Part shown: positions 37,062 to 45,424 of the stretch, in pieces
Layout: every line of letters starts with the position of its first letter
Numbering within the stretch: the stretch's first letter is position 1
Assembly: GCA_041739675.1 (NCBI GenBank)
Contig: JBGSNL010000069.1
Location: 11,592 to 75,591 of the forward strand
DNA: 64,000 nucleotides
Source of the DNA: a bacterium
Lineage (GTDB): Bacteria; UBA10199; 2-02-FULL-44-16; DYJF01
Direction of reading: 5' to 3'
The notes under the pieces: generated by a model
What the model was told of the DNA's origin: nothing
The model's database searches: none
Seen by the model: the letters and a program-made list of their open reading frames with translations, nothing else
Position numbers and translations under genes: made by a program

Positions 37062-38333
37062 TCAAGGATACACATAGCTGCAACTCAGCGCCTCCACGAT
37101 TGCGATGTCGGTGCGGCCGACGACGACCGATCCCGCCCTGAAGACGAAATCCACGATGCCGTCGCTTGCGATATTATACGACAGTTCGTGCATGTGCCAG
37201 CTTAGGCTCTCCCTCCTGCACATGTTGCCCGTCCAGCAGCTGATCTCATGGCAGCCAAAGCCGTCCGCCTGAATTGTGACGCCGCCGGTGTTTGAGAATG
37301 AATCGAGCTTTATGATGTCCGAGGCCGGATCGACCGCCAGAGAAATCTGAACCCAATCTCCCACGCGGTCAAAGTAGACGCCCAGCGCCGCCCCGCAACT
37401 GTCTCCCGGGCTTATCCCGGGATGAACGCCCGCGCTCGAGACATATCCGTGTGTCGTGAAATCCACGCCGAAGTCGAACGAATCGGTGACGACGCACTCC
37501 AAAGGAAGCGGCGCGCAATATGAGTCGCCCGTGCAGATCTCGCCCGGCGGGCAACTCTGGCAGATATCCCCGCAGCCGTTTTCATCTCCACACGAGCTCT
37601 CGCCCGCGCAGACGGGCTCTTCGCAAGCGCCTTCAATGCAGGCGCAGCCGCCGCAATCTTCCATGGTATCTTCGTCGGTTGAATAATCGCAATCATTATC
37701 GAGGCTGTCGCAGATTTCGTATTGCGGAACGACTTCGTTCACACATGTGCCCCAACTCCACGATGCCGTTTCATCGTCGAAGTTGCAGAATCTTTCGCCC
37801 CCTCTGCAGATGCCGATGTCTTGTGTCCATTCGGGGCCGCTGTAACATGGATGCGGTCTTTCCAAATCTTCTTCATCGGCCCCTTCGCATTTTCCCGACC
37901 ATGTGTATGTGATCTCGCAGACCTCCGTGCCCAGATTGCACGGCCCGCACGTCCTGAAATCGCCCGGATGGCAGGCGTGGGCGGGGCTGTCTTCCATATA
38001 AACGTCGTGCTCGGCATCTTCGCCATATTCGACGGCGTCGCCTTCAAAATCGGCATCGTCTAATTCATCCGCCCGGGAGGAATCTTCCTCGACAAAGTCC
38101 GCGTCGATTGAATCGTATTCCACTCCGGCATCATCACGATTGGTTTGCGGCGGGGGATCTTCCGCAGTGGCGCAGCCCGCCATGTTGATCGCAAAATATG
38201 CCACTACCCCCTCCGGCCCGAGAAAGATCAGCGGCAAACTGACGAATGGAAGGATGTCTCCCGTGTCACTCATAAGGCCTCCTTCGATTTTACATAGCAG
38301 GGGGCGTGCCAAACCGGAGCTTCGCAAATTCAA
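37062..38333 (-). CDS. cysteine-rich secreted/lipoprotein with acidic low-complexity N-region
   Basis: >40 Cys in CxxC/CxC/CGxC spacing (..CGGCACIEGACEEPVCAGESSCGDENGCGDICQSCPPGEIC..), acidic D/E-rich tract, N-terminal hydrophobic segment. Confidence 0.5.
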   Translation of the reverse strand: MNLRSSGLARPLLCKIEGGLMSDTGDILPFVSLPLIFLGPEGVVAYFAINMAGCATAEDPPPQTNRDDAGVEYDSIDADFVEEDSSRADELDDADFEGDAVEYGEDAEHDVYMEDSPAHACHPGDFRTCGPCNLGTEVCEITYTWSGKCEGADEEDLERPHPCYSGPEWTQDIGICRGGERFCNFDDETASWSWGTCVNEVVPQYEICDSLDNDCDYSTDEDTMEDCGGCACIEGACEEPVCAGESSCGDENGCGDICQSCPPGEICTGDSYCAPLPLECVVTDSFDFGVDFTTHGYVSSAGVHPGISPGDSCGAALGVYFDRVGDWVQISLAVDPASDIIKLDSFSNTGGVTIQADGFGCHEISCWTGNMCRRESLSWHMHELSYNIASDGIVDFVFRAGSVVVGRTDIAIVEALSCSYVYP

Positions 38334-38366
38334 TCAGTTAGCCGATGGGGCACCAAAGGAACTGCT

Positions 38367-38395
38367 CGATTTTCGTGCAGGCTGCACGAAAATCG
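38367..38395. promoter_or_regulatory. perfect 14/14 inverted repeat (candidate operator) in divergent promoter region
   Basis: CGATTTTCGTGCAG-g-CTGCACGAAAATCG between minus-strand Cys-rich gene start (38333) and plus-strand gene start (38464). Confidence 0.4.
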
Positions 38396-38463
38396 GACAG
38401 TAGAGGCTTGCGCGCCCATTTGCGCCGTGATAGGTCTTCACATCTAAAACGAAAGGAGGATGT

Positions 38464-39546
38464 ATGGCCTTCAATCTGGAGAAATTCTTCAACGACATCT
38501 TCGCTCCGGCGGAGGGTGAGGTGATCACCGTGATGTACGATCTGCCTCACGGTTCGATCGCGGACCATCAGGCGTGGAAGGATCGCCGCGCGATGGCGGA
38601 AGGGTGGCACAAGAACTTGAGCAAGCTGGTGGACAAGTGGAGCTCGAAGCTGAATCCCATCGTGACCTACAACGCCACGGGCGGAAACAACGCCGATCTT
38701 CCGGCTGAAGGGGAGATGGGCGGCGCAAAAGTGGCGCTCGCCGACGTGATCAACAACTCGACTATCGTCGTTGCGATGCCGCAATTTTCTGCAACCGCTC
38801 CGCTGAAGGGTTTTGCGAGAAATTCAAAGAAGCTGCGCGTGGGTTCGATGCCGGGAGTTGCGAAGTTCATGGAAGAGAGCGGCCTGTCGGCCGATTACGG
38901 CGCAATAGCGAAGCGCTGCAAGACGCTGGCGCCGTTGTTCGATAAAGCCACCGGCGCGGAAGTTACATTCTCCACCGGCCACAAATGCTATTTTGATATT
39001 TCAATCGAAGGGCGACACGCGCATAGAGACGATGGCTACCTCCATCCCGATGTGGCGGGAACGGATAAGAGTCTGTCGAACCTTCCGGCGGGCGAGGTCT
39101 TTGTGGTTCCCAACGAAGGAAAAGACAGCAAAACGGCCGGCGAGCTTCCGTTCAAGTTTGGGAACGATCTCGCGGTCTTTGTCGTGAAGGCGAACCGCAT
39201 CGTGGAGGTGAAGGGCACCGGCGCGAAGGTGGACGAGATTCGCACAAAATTCGCAAAAGATCCCGCGTGGCAAAACATCGGCGAGTTTGCGATAGGCTGC
39301 AACGACAGGGCGCGGGTGACGGGCATCGTCCTTGAAGACGAAAAGGCCGGTTTCCATTGGGCATACGGCCGGAGCGACCATCTGGGCGGCGTCATCGGCG
39401 TGAAGGATTTCACGTCGCCGGCCAACGTTGTGCATCAGGACCAGGTCTATGCGAAGGAGAGCCCCATTTCATGCGCGAAGCTGGACCTGATTTTCCCCGA
39501 CAACACGCGCCAAACCGTGATCGTCGACGGCGTGCTGAAGGTATAG
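38464..39546 (+). CDS. putative aminopeptidase (M29/AmpS-like), family assignment tentative
   Basis: 360-aa cytoplasmic protein; RBS AAAGGAGGA upstream; overall resemblance (from memory) to thermophilic aminopeptidase T family; no motif I can verify. Confidence 0.35.
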   Translation: MAFNLEKFFNDIFAPAEGEVITVMYDLPHGSIADHQAWKDRRAMAEGWHKNLSKLVDKWSSKLNPIVTYNATGGNNADLPAEGEMGGAKVALADVINNSTIVVAMPQFSATAPLKGFARNSKKLRVGSMPGVAKFMEESGLSADYGAIAKRCKTLAPLFDKATGAEVTFSTGHKCYFDISIEGRHAHRDDGYLHPDVAGTDKSLSNLPAGEVFVVPNEGKDSKTAGELPFKFGNDLAVFVVKANRIVEVKGTGAKVDEIRTKFAKDPAWQNIGEFAIGCNDRARVTGIVLEDEKAGFHWAYGRSDHLGGVIGVKDFTSPANVVHQDQVYAKESPISCAKLDLIFPDNTRQTVIVDGVLKV

Positions 39547-39565
39547 GGGGGTATAGAATGATAGT

Positions 39566-39594
39566 TGCCAATATCCGTTAATAAGTGTACATAA
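39566..39594 (+). promoter_or_regulatory. candidate sigma70-type promoter and long 5' UTR of cspA
   Basis: TTGCCA-17 nt-TACATA ~55 nt upstream of the cspA RBS AGGAGGAG; Csp genes typically have long structured leaders. Confidence 0.3.
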
Positions 39595-39648
39595 CCGTTT
39601 CAGATCGTCGGAGGTTGATTTACAAACGAAACATCAGGAGGAGATCGT

Positions 39649-39843
39649 ATGGAAACCGGTACCGTAAAGTTTTACAACGAAGCGAAGGGTTTTGGGTTCA
39701 TCACGCCGGACAATGGCGGGAAAGATCTTTTTGTGCACTCCAGCGCAATAAAGAACGGTCCGATCAAAGAAGGCGACAAGGTCGAGTTTGAGATCGGCCA
39801 GAGTGATAAAGGTCCTCGCGCCGAGAACGTCAGCCGTAAATAA
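39649..39843 (+). CDS. cspA: cold-shock protein (CspA family)
   Basis: [15 protein letters not shown] (RNP1) and DLFVHSSAI (RNP2-like) motifs; 64 aa. Confidence 0.9.
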   Translation: METGTVKFYNEAKGFGFITPDNGGKDLFVHSSAIKNGPIKEGDKVEFEIGQSDKGPRAENVSRK

Positions 39844-39877
39844 TTAGGGTGTAGGAATAGCTCTTTAGGGAAAAGGG

Positions 39878-39904
39878 AGGGCCCAGCCTTTATGGCTGGG
39901 CCCT
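39878..39904. terminator. bidirectional intrinsic terminator
   Basis: AGGGCCCAGCC-tttat-GGCTGGGCCCT, 11-bp GC stem; lies between convergent cspA and DUF4097 genes. Confidence 0.6.
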
Positions 39905-39929
39905 GCCTGCAAGTTACTGATGTGTGACA

Positions 39930-41035
39930 TCAGTTCAGAGTGTCGATGCTGATGGTTCCCGTCGTGGATCTTATGGTCAAGGCGGCTCCGCCTCCGTTTA
40001 TATCCGCCACAAGTTTTTCGCCGGTCACGCCGCTCGGCGCAGGGGCCGGGAACGCCGCCGGCACTTCGATCGATCCCGTCAAGACTTCTGCGTCAAGGTG
40101 GAGACCAAAACCATCCGCAAGGTCGAGGGCAATCGATCCGCTCTCGCTGCTCACGATGCCGTCATATTGATATGGGACGCCACCATTCGTGAGCGTATAA
40201 TGGATGTCGCCGCTTCGGTTTTGCAGATCGACGGCAACTCTCGAATCGGCGTTGACCTCCAGATCGCCACTGACATTTGTGGATGTGATTTTCCCTGATC
40301 CGCTCGTACTTATAGCAATATTTCCACTTTGCGATGATACGGTAACCTCTTTGTCTGATGCCGTATCAATTGAAATATCTCCGCTTTGCGTTTTCGCACC
40401 AATAGTCCCGCCGGTATGCTGTGTGATGATTATGTCTCCGCTTGCGGTCTCAACGATCACATCACCCGACATGTTTTGTATTTCAATATTGCCGCTTTCA
40501 TTGTTTGAGCTTTGCGGCCAGTCGGAAGGCGCCATAATGACCAAACAGGTTTCGTAACGGGTGCCGGGCAGGACGCTGTCAGGCTGCGAAACGTCAACCG
40601 TCGCCGCATTATCTTTGACATCCGAAGAGATTGCGACATTTTCCAGCTCCGATTCGGCTTTCTCCATGGTTTCAGACAAAGTCCATTTCCGGGCCGCCCA
40701 ATATACGTTCCCGTCCGAAGATGTTTTAACGCGCAGAGTTCCATTGATATTGCCTGCGGACAACTTGGATGCATCGGAAATGGAGCTTCCGACATCTTCT
40801 TCGGCGAGGACTTCCGCATAATTTAAGCGTTGGCCGCCTATTTCGGAATCTTCCGCCAGCGGCGTCGGTCTTGTGCCGCACGTCTCATCCAGCATTGCTT
40901 TTATCGCTGATGGAACTTCTCCTGCGACCGACCCTGCCGGGGAGCCTGGCCCACCCCCTCCTGCACTACCGCCGCATGCACTGATAAGGCAAGCGATAGC
41001 GAGTATTGCCGCCATTCTTCTCACGATCTTCATAC
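39930..41035 (-). CDS. DUF4097-type (putative adhesin, beta-helical repeat) lipoprotein
   Basis: Start ATG 41035 preceded by GGAGG; lipobox LISACGG; tandem SGDI.I.T.SG.I...T.SG repeats characteristic of DUF4097. Confidence 0.65.
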
Positions 41036-41246
41036 GCACCTCCTTGCCCGCCAAAGTCTTAGTGGCGGGCTTCTGCCGAGTCATTTTTTGATCAGCGACC
41101 GGACCATCCGATTGCTGGCGACTCAAGCGATTGTGAACAGTTCCCGTATCCATCATCTTGGCGGGATACTTACTTCACTTTTTATGGAGTGATCTGTGCC
41201 GGAGGGCACAAAACGGAAGATTTTTTATGGTGTAGAATAGTCGTTA

Positions 41247-41954
41247 TTATTCAATAGGATGGGAAGAGACCCAAATGCCGTTCTTCAGTTCTTTGATAAA
41301 TCTTACTCTTTTCAGATGGGCCAAGGCCTCAGAGACGCGCGCCCTTGAAGCCCCAACCATATTAGCCAATTCTTGGTGGGTCGGTAATTCATTTAAAATA
41401 AAACCCTCTTCAGAGTTTTGGCCTTCCTCTTTTCCAATATCCGCCAAAATCTTTTTTAAGCGCTCGACGAGACCCAGTGTTGATAACTCCTCAATTCGAC
41501 GATCTGCCTGTCTCAGCCTTAGGCTCAATTCCTTGAGTAAATGCTCCAATGCCGTGGGACATTGTTGCAGAAATCGGATGAAGGACGCGCGGTCGATTAT
41601 CGCAACTTTTACGGGTGTTGATGCAGTCACCGATGCGGAGCGTGGCCGTCCGTCCAAAAGAGCCATCTCACCGAAATGATCGCCTTCTGACAATGTATCA
41701 AGAATAATTTCTTTGCCGTCTTCCGTGTATCGGGTAACCTTCACTCTTCCGTTTAAAATGAGAAAAAAATTTGCCCCATCATCTTCTTGCTGAATAATGG
41801 GGTCCTCTTTTTTGAAATCAACTACTCTTGAATGGGCGGCGAGTTTTCTAAGATCCTCAATTGGGCTTCCTGAAAAAAGCGAAGATTTTTGGAGAAATGG
41901 AATCCATTCGATGCTGAGATCGCGACGTTGTTCCATGGTGTTCATCATCTCCAA
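41247..41954 (-). CDS. Crp/Fnr-family transcriptional regulator
   Basis: cNMP-binding domain (..GDHFGEMALLDGRPRSASV..) and C-terminal HTH (..QELANMVGASRARVSEALAHLKR..). Confidence 0.85.
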   Translation of the reverse strand: MEMMNTMEQRRDLSIEWIPFLQKSSLFSGSPIEDLRKLAAHSRVVDFKKEDPIIQQEDDGANFFLILNGRVKVTRYTEDGKEIILDTLSEGDHFGEMALLDGRPRSASVTASTPVKVAIIDRASFIRFLQQCPTALEHLLKELSLRLRQADRRIEELSTLGLVERLKKILADIGKEEGQNSEEGFILNELPTHQELANMVGASRARVSEALAHLKRVRFIKELKNGIWVSSHPIE

Positions 41955-41975
41955 TAATCGGCGAAGTTGCCGACT

Positions 41976-42356
41976 TTAACGTTTAATCGTCCCAAAGGGA
42001 GTTTCAATTTCACGCTCGATCTTTTTTGATTTCGGCTGATCCGGCGGGACGCATTGGGCCAGTTTGCGTTCTTTTGCGCCTCCCCAGGGAGTGTCGACGC
42101 TTCCTTTGGTTGTCGTTTCATCTTTTGCCACGACCTTGTCATCTTTCAGAAGGAGACAACGGTCTTCTCCATAGTGCCACGAGGCGTAACCTTCCTTGAA
42201 CGGTTCCACGCTGTTTGGTCCTTTTCCCATCGTTTTTGCCACGTCGTCTGCCGTCATACCTGGATAGATTTTTGAGAATTTGGATTGTTTTCCCGCACAG
42301 GCGGCAAGAAGAACAACACAGCAAATGACAACTACAACTTTTAAATTGAACATCAT
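41976..42356 (-). CDS. small lipoprotein, SmpA/OmlA (BamE)-like
   Basis: Lipobox LLAACAG; IYPGMTADDVAKTMGKGPNSV resembles the BamE-fold G-M-T..V....G.P motif. Confidence 0.45.
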   Translation of the reverse strand: MMFNLKVVVVICCVVLLAACAGKQSKFSKIYPGMTADDVAKTMGKGPNSVEPFKEGYASWHYGEDRCLLLKDDKVVAKDETTTKGSVDTPWGGAKERKLAQCVPPDQPKSKKIEREIETPFGTIKR

Positions 42357-42371
42357 AATCTTTCTCCTATT

Positions 42372-43754
42372 CTAATGCTTTCGATTCACTTTGTTTCTCA
42401 CGATAAGCGAACATCCGCCGCCGGCAGAGGCGTCGTCATTGCCGCCCTCGTCGATGCCGATGAGCGCGGCGTAGTCAACGGTCGTGTCGGTGCAGGCGGT
42501 GACGGCAGGCATTGGGAAATAGCCGAGGATGACGTCTAACGGGATAAATTTCACGCGGTCCTCAGTGACCTCGCTGCGGTTTAATATGATATCGACGTTT
42601 TCTCTGACTTCACCCGCGGCGAGTGAAATAACAGTGTAGGTGTACGGATCCTCCGCCGCCTGATCCCCCTCATTCCAAAACTCGGCATCGCCGGGGAGCT
42701 CGTTTAAGGCTGTGTTCATATTTTGATCCCAGTCAAGCTCTTCCACTTCAACAGTATAATTTCCCGGCGGAAGACTTTCTATTGTATAATTTCCTTTATT
42801 TTCTAGACAGGTGAGAATCATGTCCACGGATGAATAATCACATAATCGGCCTGTCACAACTGAATATGCTGAACACAAAGGGTCTACGATATTTCTGGCG
42901 ATCACATTTACGTACTGTAACGGAGACCCATCCGACTTAACAATTTTCCCCATTATTTGAGACATTTGAGCAGAAGAGCTATCCAACGGATAGAGTGTTG
43001 AGATTCCAGCAATATCATCTGAATTCAAAGTGGTTCCCTCACTTGACGCGCTACCCGTGACACGGCCTGAAGCGCTCACTTCCATCGTCGGCATAAAAAG
43101 TTTTTCATCAGCTTCAAGATCGTTTGCGTAGAACAATTGCTGGTTCAGCGATGTATGATTCAGACCTAAAAGATGGCCTAATTCATGAATAAACAGCGCG
43201 ACTGTCCCATTTGTGTTAAATGGTGACGGTTCGAACACGATGGCTCCTTGAACCATAAATTCACTATAACTCAAACTTCCGCTGAATGTTGGAGGAGCCA
43301 CAACGCCTGCACACCCTCCGCTGATACGACACATCACATTTTCAGTTATCCATCTCTCGTCATCAAAGATTATAACTGTCTGTAGGTTTCGTCTTGCCTC
43401 AACATCACAAGTATCAAGTCTATCTGTATAGCATGCAGTTTTGTCGACGTACTTGCTGTAATTATCTTTGTTCACATCTTCAGGCAAAAAGCCTGCAAAC
43501 TCGAAATGGGGAACTTTAGCAGTCGAGACATTTTCCAAGATTTTCATTGCTTCTTGCAGTAGTGCATGTGCCTGTTCGCTCGTTAAATAACCAAGTTTGC
43601 CGGGGTCAAGATAATATTGTATGGATTTTGTATTGTCCCAAGTGATCGGCCGTCCGTCATTTCCTATGTAGATAAAATCATAAGCAAATAAAGAACGTGC
43701 TCCAATTAGGATGCCTGCAATTATTATAATAATTATCCTGACTGCCGAAACCAT
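42372..43754 (-). CDS. secreted metzincin zinc metalloprotease
   Basis: N-terminal signal/anchor; FIHELGHLLGLNHT (HExxHxxGxxH) metzincin signature. Confidence 0.7.
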   Translation of the reverse strand: MVSAVRIIIIIIAGILIGARSLFAYDFIYIGNDGRPITWDNTKSIQYYLDPGKLGYLTSEQAHALLQEAMKILENVSTAKVPHFEFAGFLPEDVNKDNYSKYVDKTACYTDRLDTCDVEARRNLQTVIIFDDERWITENVMCRISGGCAGVVAPPTFSGSLSYSEFMVQGAIVFEPSPFNTNGTVALFIHELGHLLGLNHTSLNQQLFYANDLEADEKLFMPTMEVSASGRVTGSASSEGTTLNSDDIAGISTLYPLDSSSAQMSQIMGKIVKSDGSPLQYVNVIARNIVDPLCSAYSVVTGRLCDYSSVDMILTCLENKGNYTIESLPPGNYTVEVEELDWDQNMNTALNELPGDAEFWNEGDQAAEDPYTYTVISLAAGEVRENVDIILNRSEVTEDRVKFIPLDVILGYFPMPAVTACTDTTVDYAALIGIDEGGNDDASAGGGCSLIVRNKVNRKH

Positions 43755-43793
43755 TTAACTCTCCCAAGGCAAAAATCATGCATAATTAACAAT

Positions 43794-44933
43794 CTATGGT
43801 GGCCCAATTACTATGAAATCAAAAGCTGCCAGACCCATATCCATAGTGGAAACCGTGAAATCGTTGACCGTTTTATTAGAAATATACACGGTTGCATTAC
43901 TGCGTGGCGTGACAATCACAGCATAGTCTGTACTGGCCATGGGTCCAGAGAAAGATACCGTGTAATTGAATCCCGCTCCGGAAACTCCGGCGACATTGTA
44001 TCCGTGGATGGTGCCCGGCCCCGTTACTGTTCCCCATGCGCTGGGAAGCTGCTCGGGGGGATTTTCAACTGCCTGTAAACGGCCATCAAGTTCTCTGTCC
44101 TTCTCGTCACGTGCGTTTGCTTCTACCGCATCCGCCGCAGCTCTCGCTGCAGCTTCTGCATTTATATTGTTCTGCAATGTTGTGTCCGCTGTGGTTCTTG
44201 AGTTTGTTTCATTTGTAATACTTGTCTGCACCGCTTCCACACCCACTTGCCTGTGCTGTATCGCTCTATCCAGATCCTGAAGCACCGCCTGCAAGTTGTT
44301 GCTCCCCGAATAGACAAGTCCTGCATTGACGCCGATGGTCGAAGCGCCGCTCACGGAACGAAATGTCGTCTGAAGATTCGTCAAGTCTGTCCTCGTTGCG
44401 ATGAGTCCCGCAGTGCCCATTTCGGTTGCGAGCTCAGTCACCAAATCGTCTGCCAAATGATCCATCGTAATGCTCTTTTTTGCAAGGGCCGCTCCAGTCA
44501 CGCCTTCATCGGCAACTCCCAGCGCCTTTTCCGCATAGATTGAATAGGGGACGGAGACGATTTCCAGCGATCCCTCGGGCGTGAAGCCGTCGACCGTCAC
44601 CTCAAGATATTTGCCGCTGTCAGGCGACAGGACCGATTCAGGTATGCCGCCCATCGGAGCTCCGGCACCGTTCAACCCGTTTCCAACAAGTGCTGAAACA
44701 GCGCCGCGCACGACGTCCAGAGTCTGCCGCTCTTCATAAAGGACAGCGCCGGCGGAATCGGTGATCTTGAAAGTTACGCCGGTAGCGCCATCCGCGACTA
44801 GATTGCCGCCGTCGTCATATAATAGCGATTGGTAGTTGAGAAAGTGAGGAACGGCTGTCGGTTCGCCTCCCACGGCATTTGCCGCCGTCAATGCGATGCA
44901 GATTGCCATTATTCCCATGAGAACCTTTTTCAT
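43794..44933 (-). CDS. secreted hypothetical protein (Ala-rich coiled segment + C-terminal beta domain)
   Basis: Signal peptide MKKVLMGIMAICIALTAANA; no catalytic motifs. Confidence 0.45.
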   Translation of the reverse strand: MKKVLMGIMAICIALTAANAVGGEPTAVPHFLNYQSLLYDDGGNLVADGATGVTFKITDSAGAVLYEERQTLDVVRGAVSALVGNGLNGAGAPMGGIPESVLSPDSGKYLEVTVDGFTPEGSLEIVSVPYSIYAEKALGVADEGVTGAALAKKSITMDHLADDLVTELATEMGTAGLIATRTDLTNLQTTFRSVSGASTIGVNAGLVYSGSNNLQAVLQDLDRAIQHRQVGVEAVQTSITNETNSRTTADTTLQNNINAEAAARAAADAVEANARDEKDRELDGRLQAVENPPEQLPSAWGTVTGPGTIHGYNVAGVSGAGFNYTVSFSGPMASTDYAVIVTPRSNATVYISNKTVNDFTVSTMDMGLAAFDFIVIGPP

Positions 44934-44943
44934 ATTACCTCCT

Positions 44944-45423
44944 CTAGCGGACTATAAGTTCAACACGCCGGTTGACGTTCCACGCCTCAGGCACGTGGCG
45001 CGGATCGATGGGCGCCCGTTTGCCGTATGAGACGACCATTATGAGACGGTCGGAAGCGATTCCCTTGTTTATGAGATGAGACTTCACGCTTCTCGCGCGC
45101 CTGTCGCCAAGTTCGATATTATAAAGATCTCCGCCGCGCTCGTCGCAGTGGCCCTCAAGAACCAGAACCGCTTGTGGATTTTTTTCAAGCCACGAGACAT
45201 TCGAATCAATGGAGCCTATTTCTTCATTCAAGATCGCATCGCTGCCCGTAGGGAAATGCACCGGCGCTAAACGTATCGCCTCATCAGGTTGCTTCGTTGT
45301 CTTGCCACCGGCAATGACATTGATTAGTTCTTTGTTGTGAGCGGTCGTGGCAGAGTGGTGCGCGCTCTGACAGGAAGCCAGAAACAAAAGGATCGAAACT
45401 GGAAGTAAGATGAACTTATTCAT
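44944..45423 (-). CDS. OmpA-family peptidoglycan-associated lipoprotein (Pal-like)
   Basis: Start ATG 45423 (MNKFILLPVSILLFLASCQ, lipobox); OmpA C-domain motifs LEGHCDERG...YN..L...RA..V...L...G. Confidence 0.8.
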   Translation of the reverse strand: MNKFILLPVSILLFLASCQSAHHSATTAHNKELINVIAGGKTTKQPDEAIRLAPVHFPTGSDAILNEEIGSIDSNVSWLEKNPQAVLVLEGHCDERGGDLYNIELGDRRARSVKSHLINKGIASDRLIMVVSYGKRAPIDPRHVPEAWNVNRRVELIVR

Positions 45424-45424
45424 A

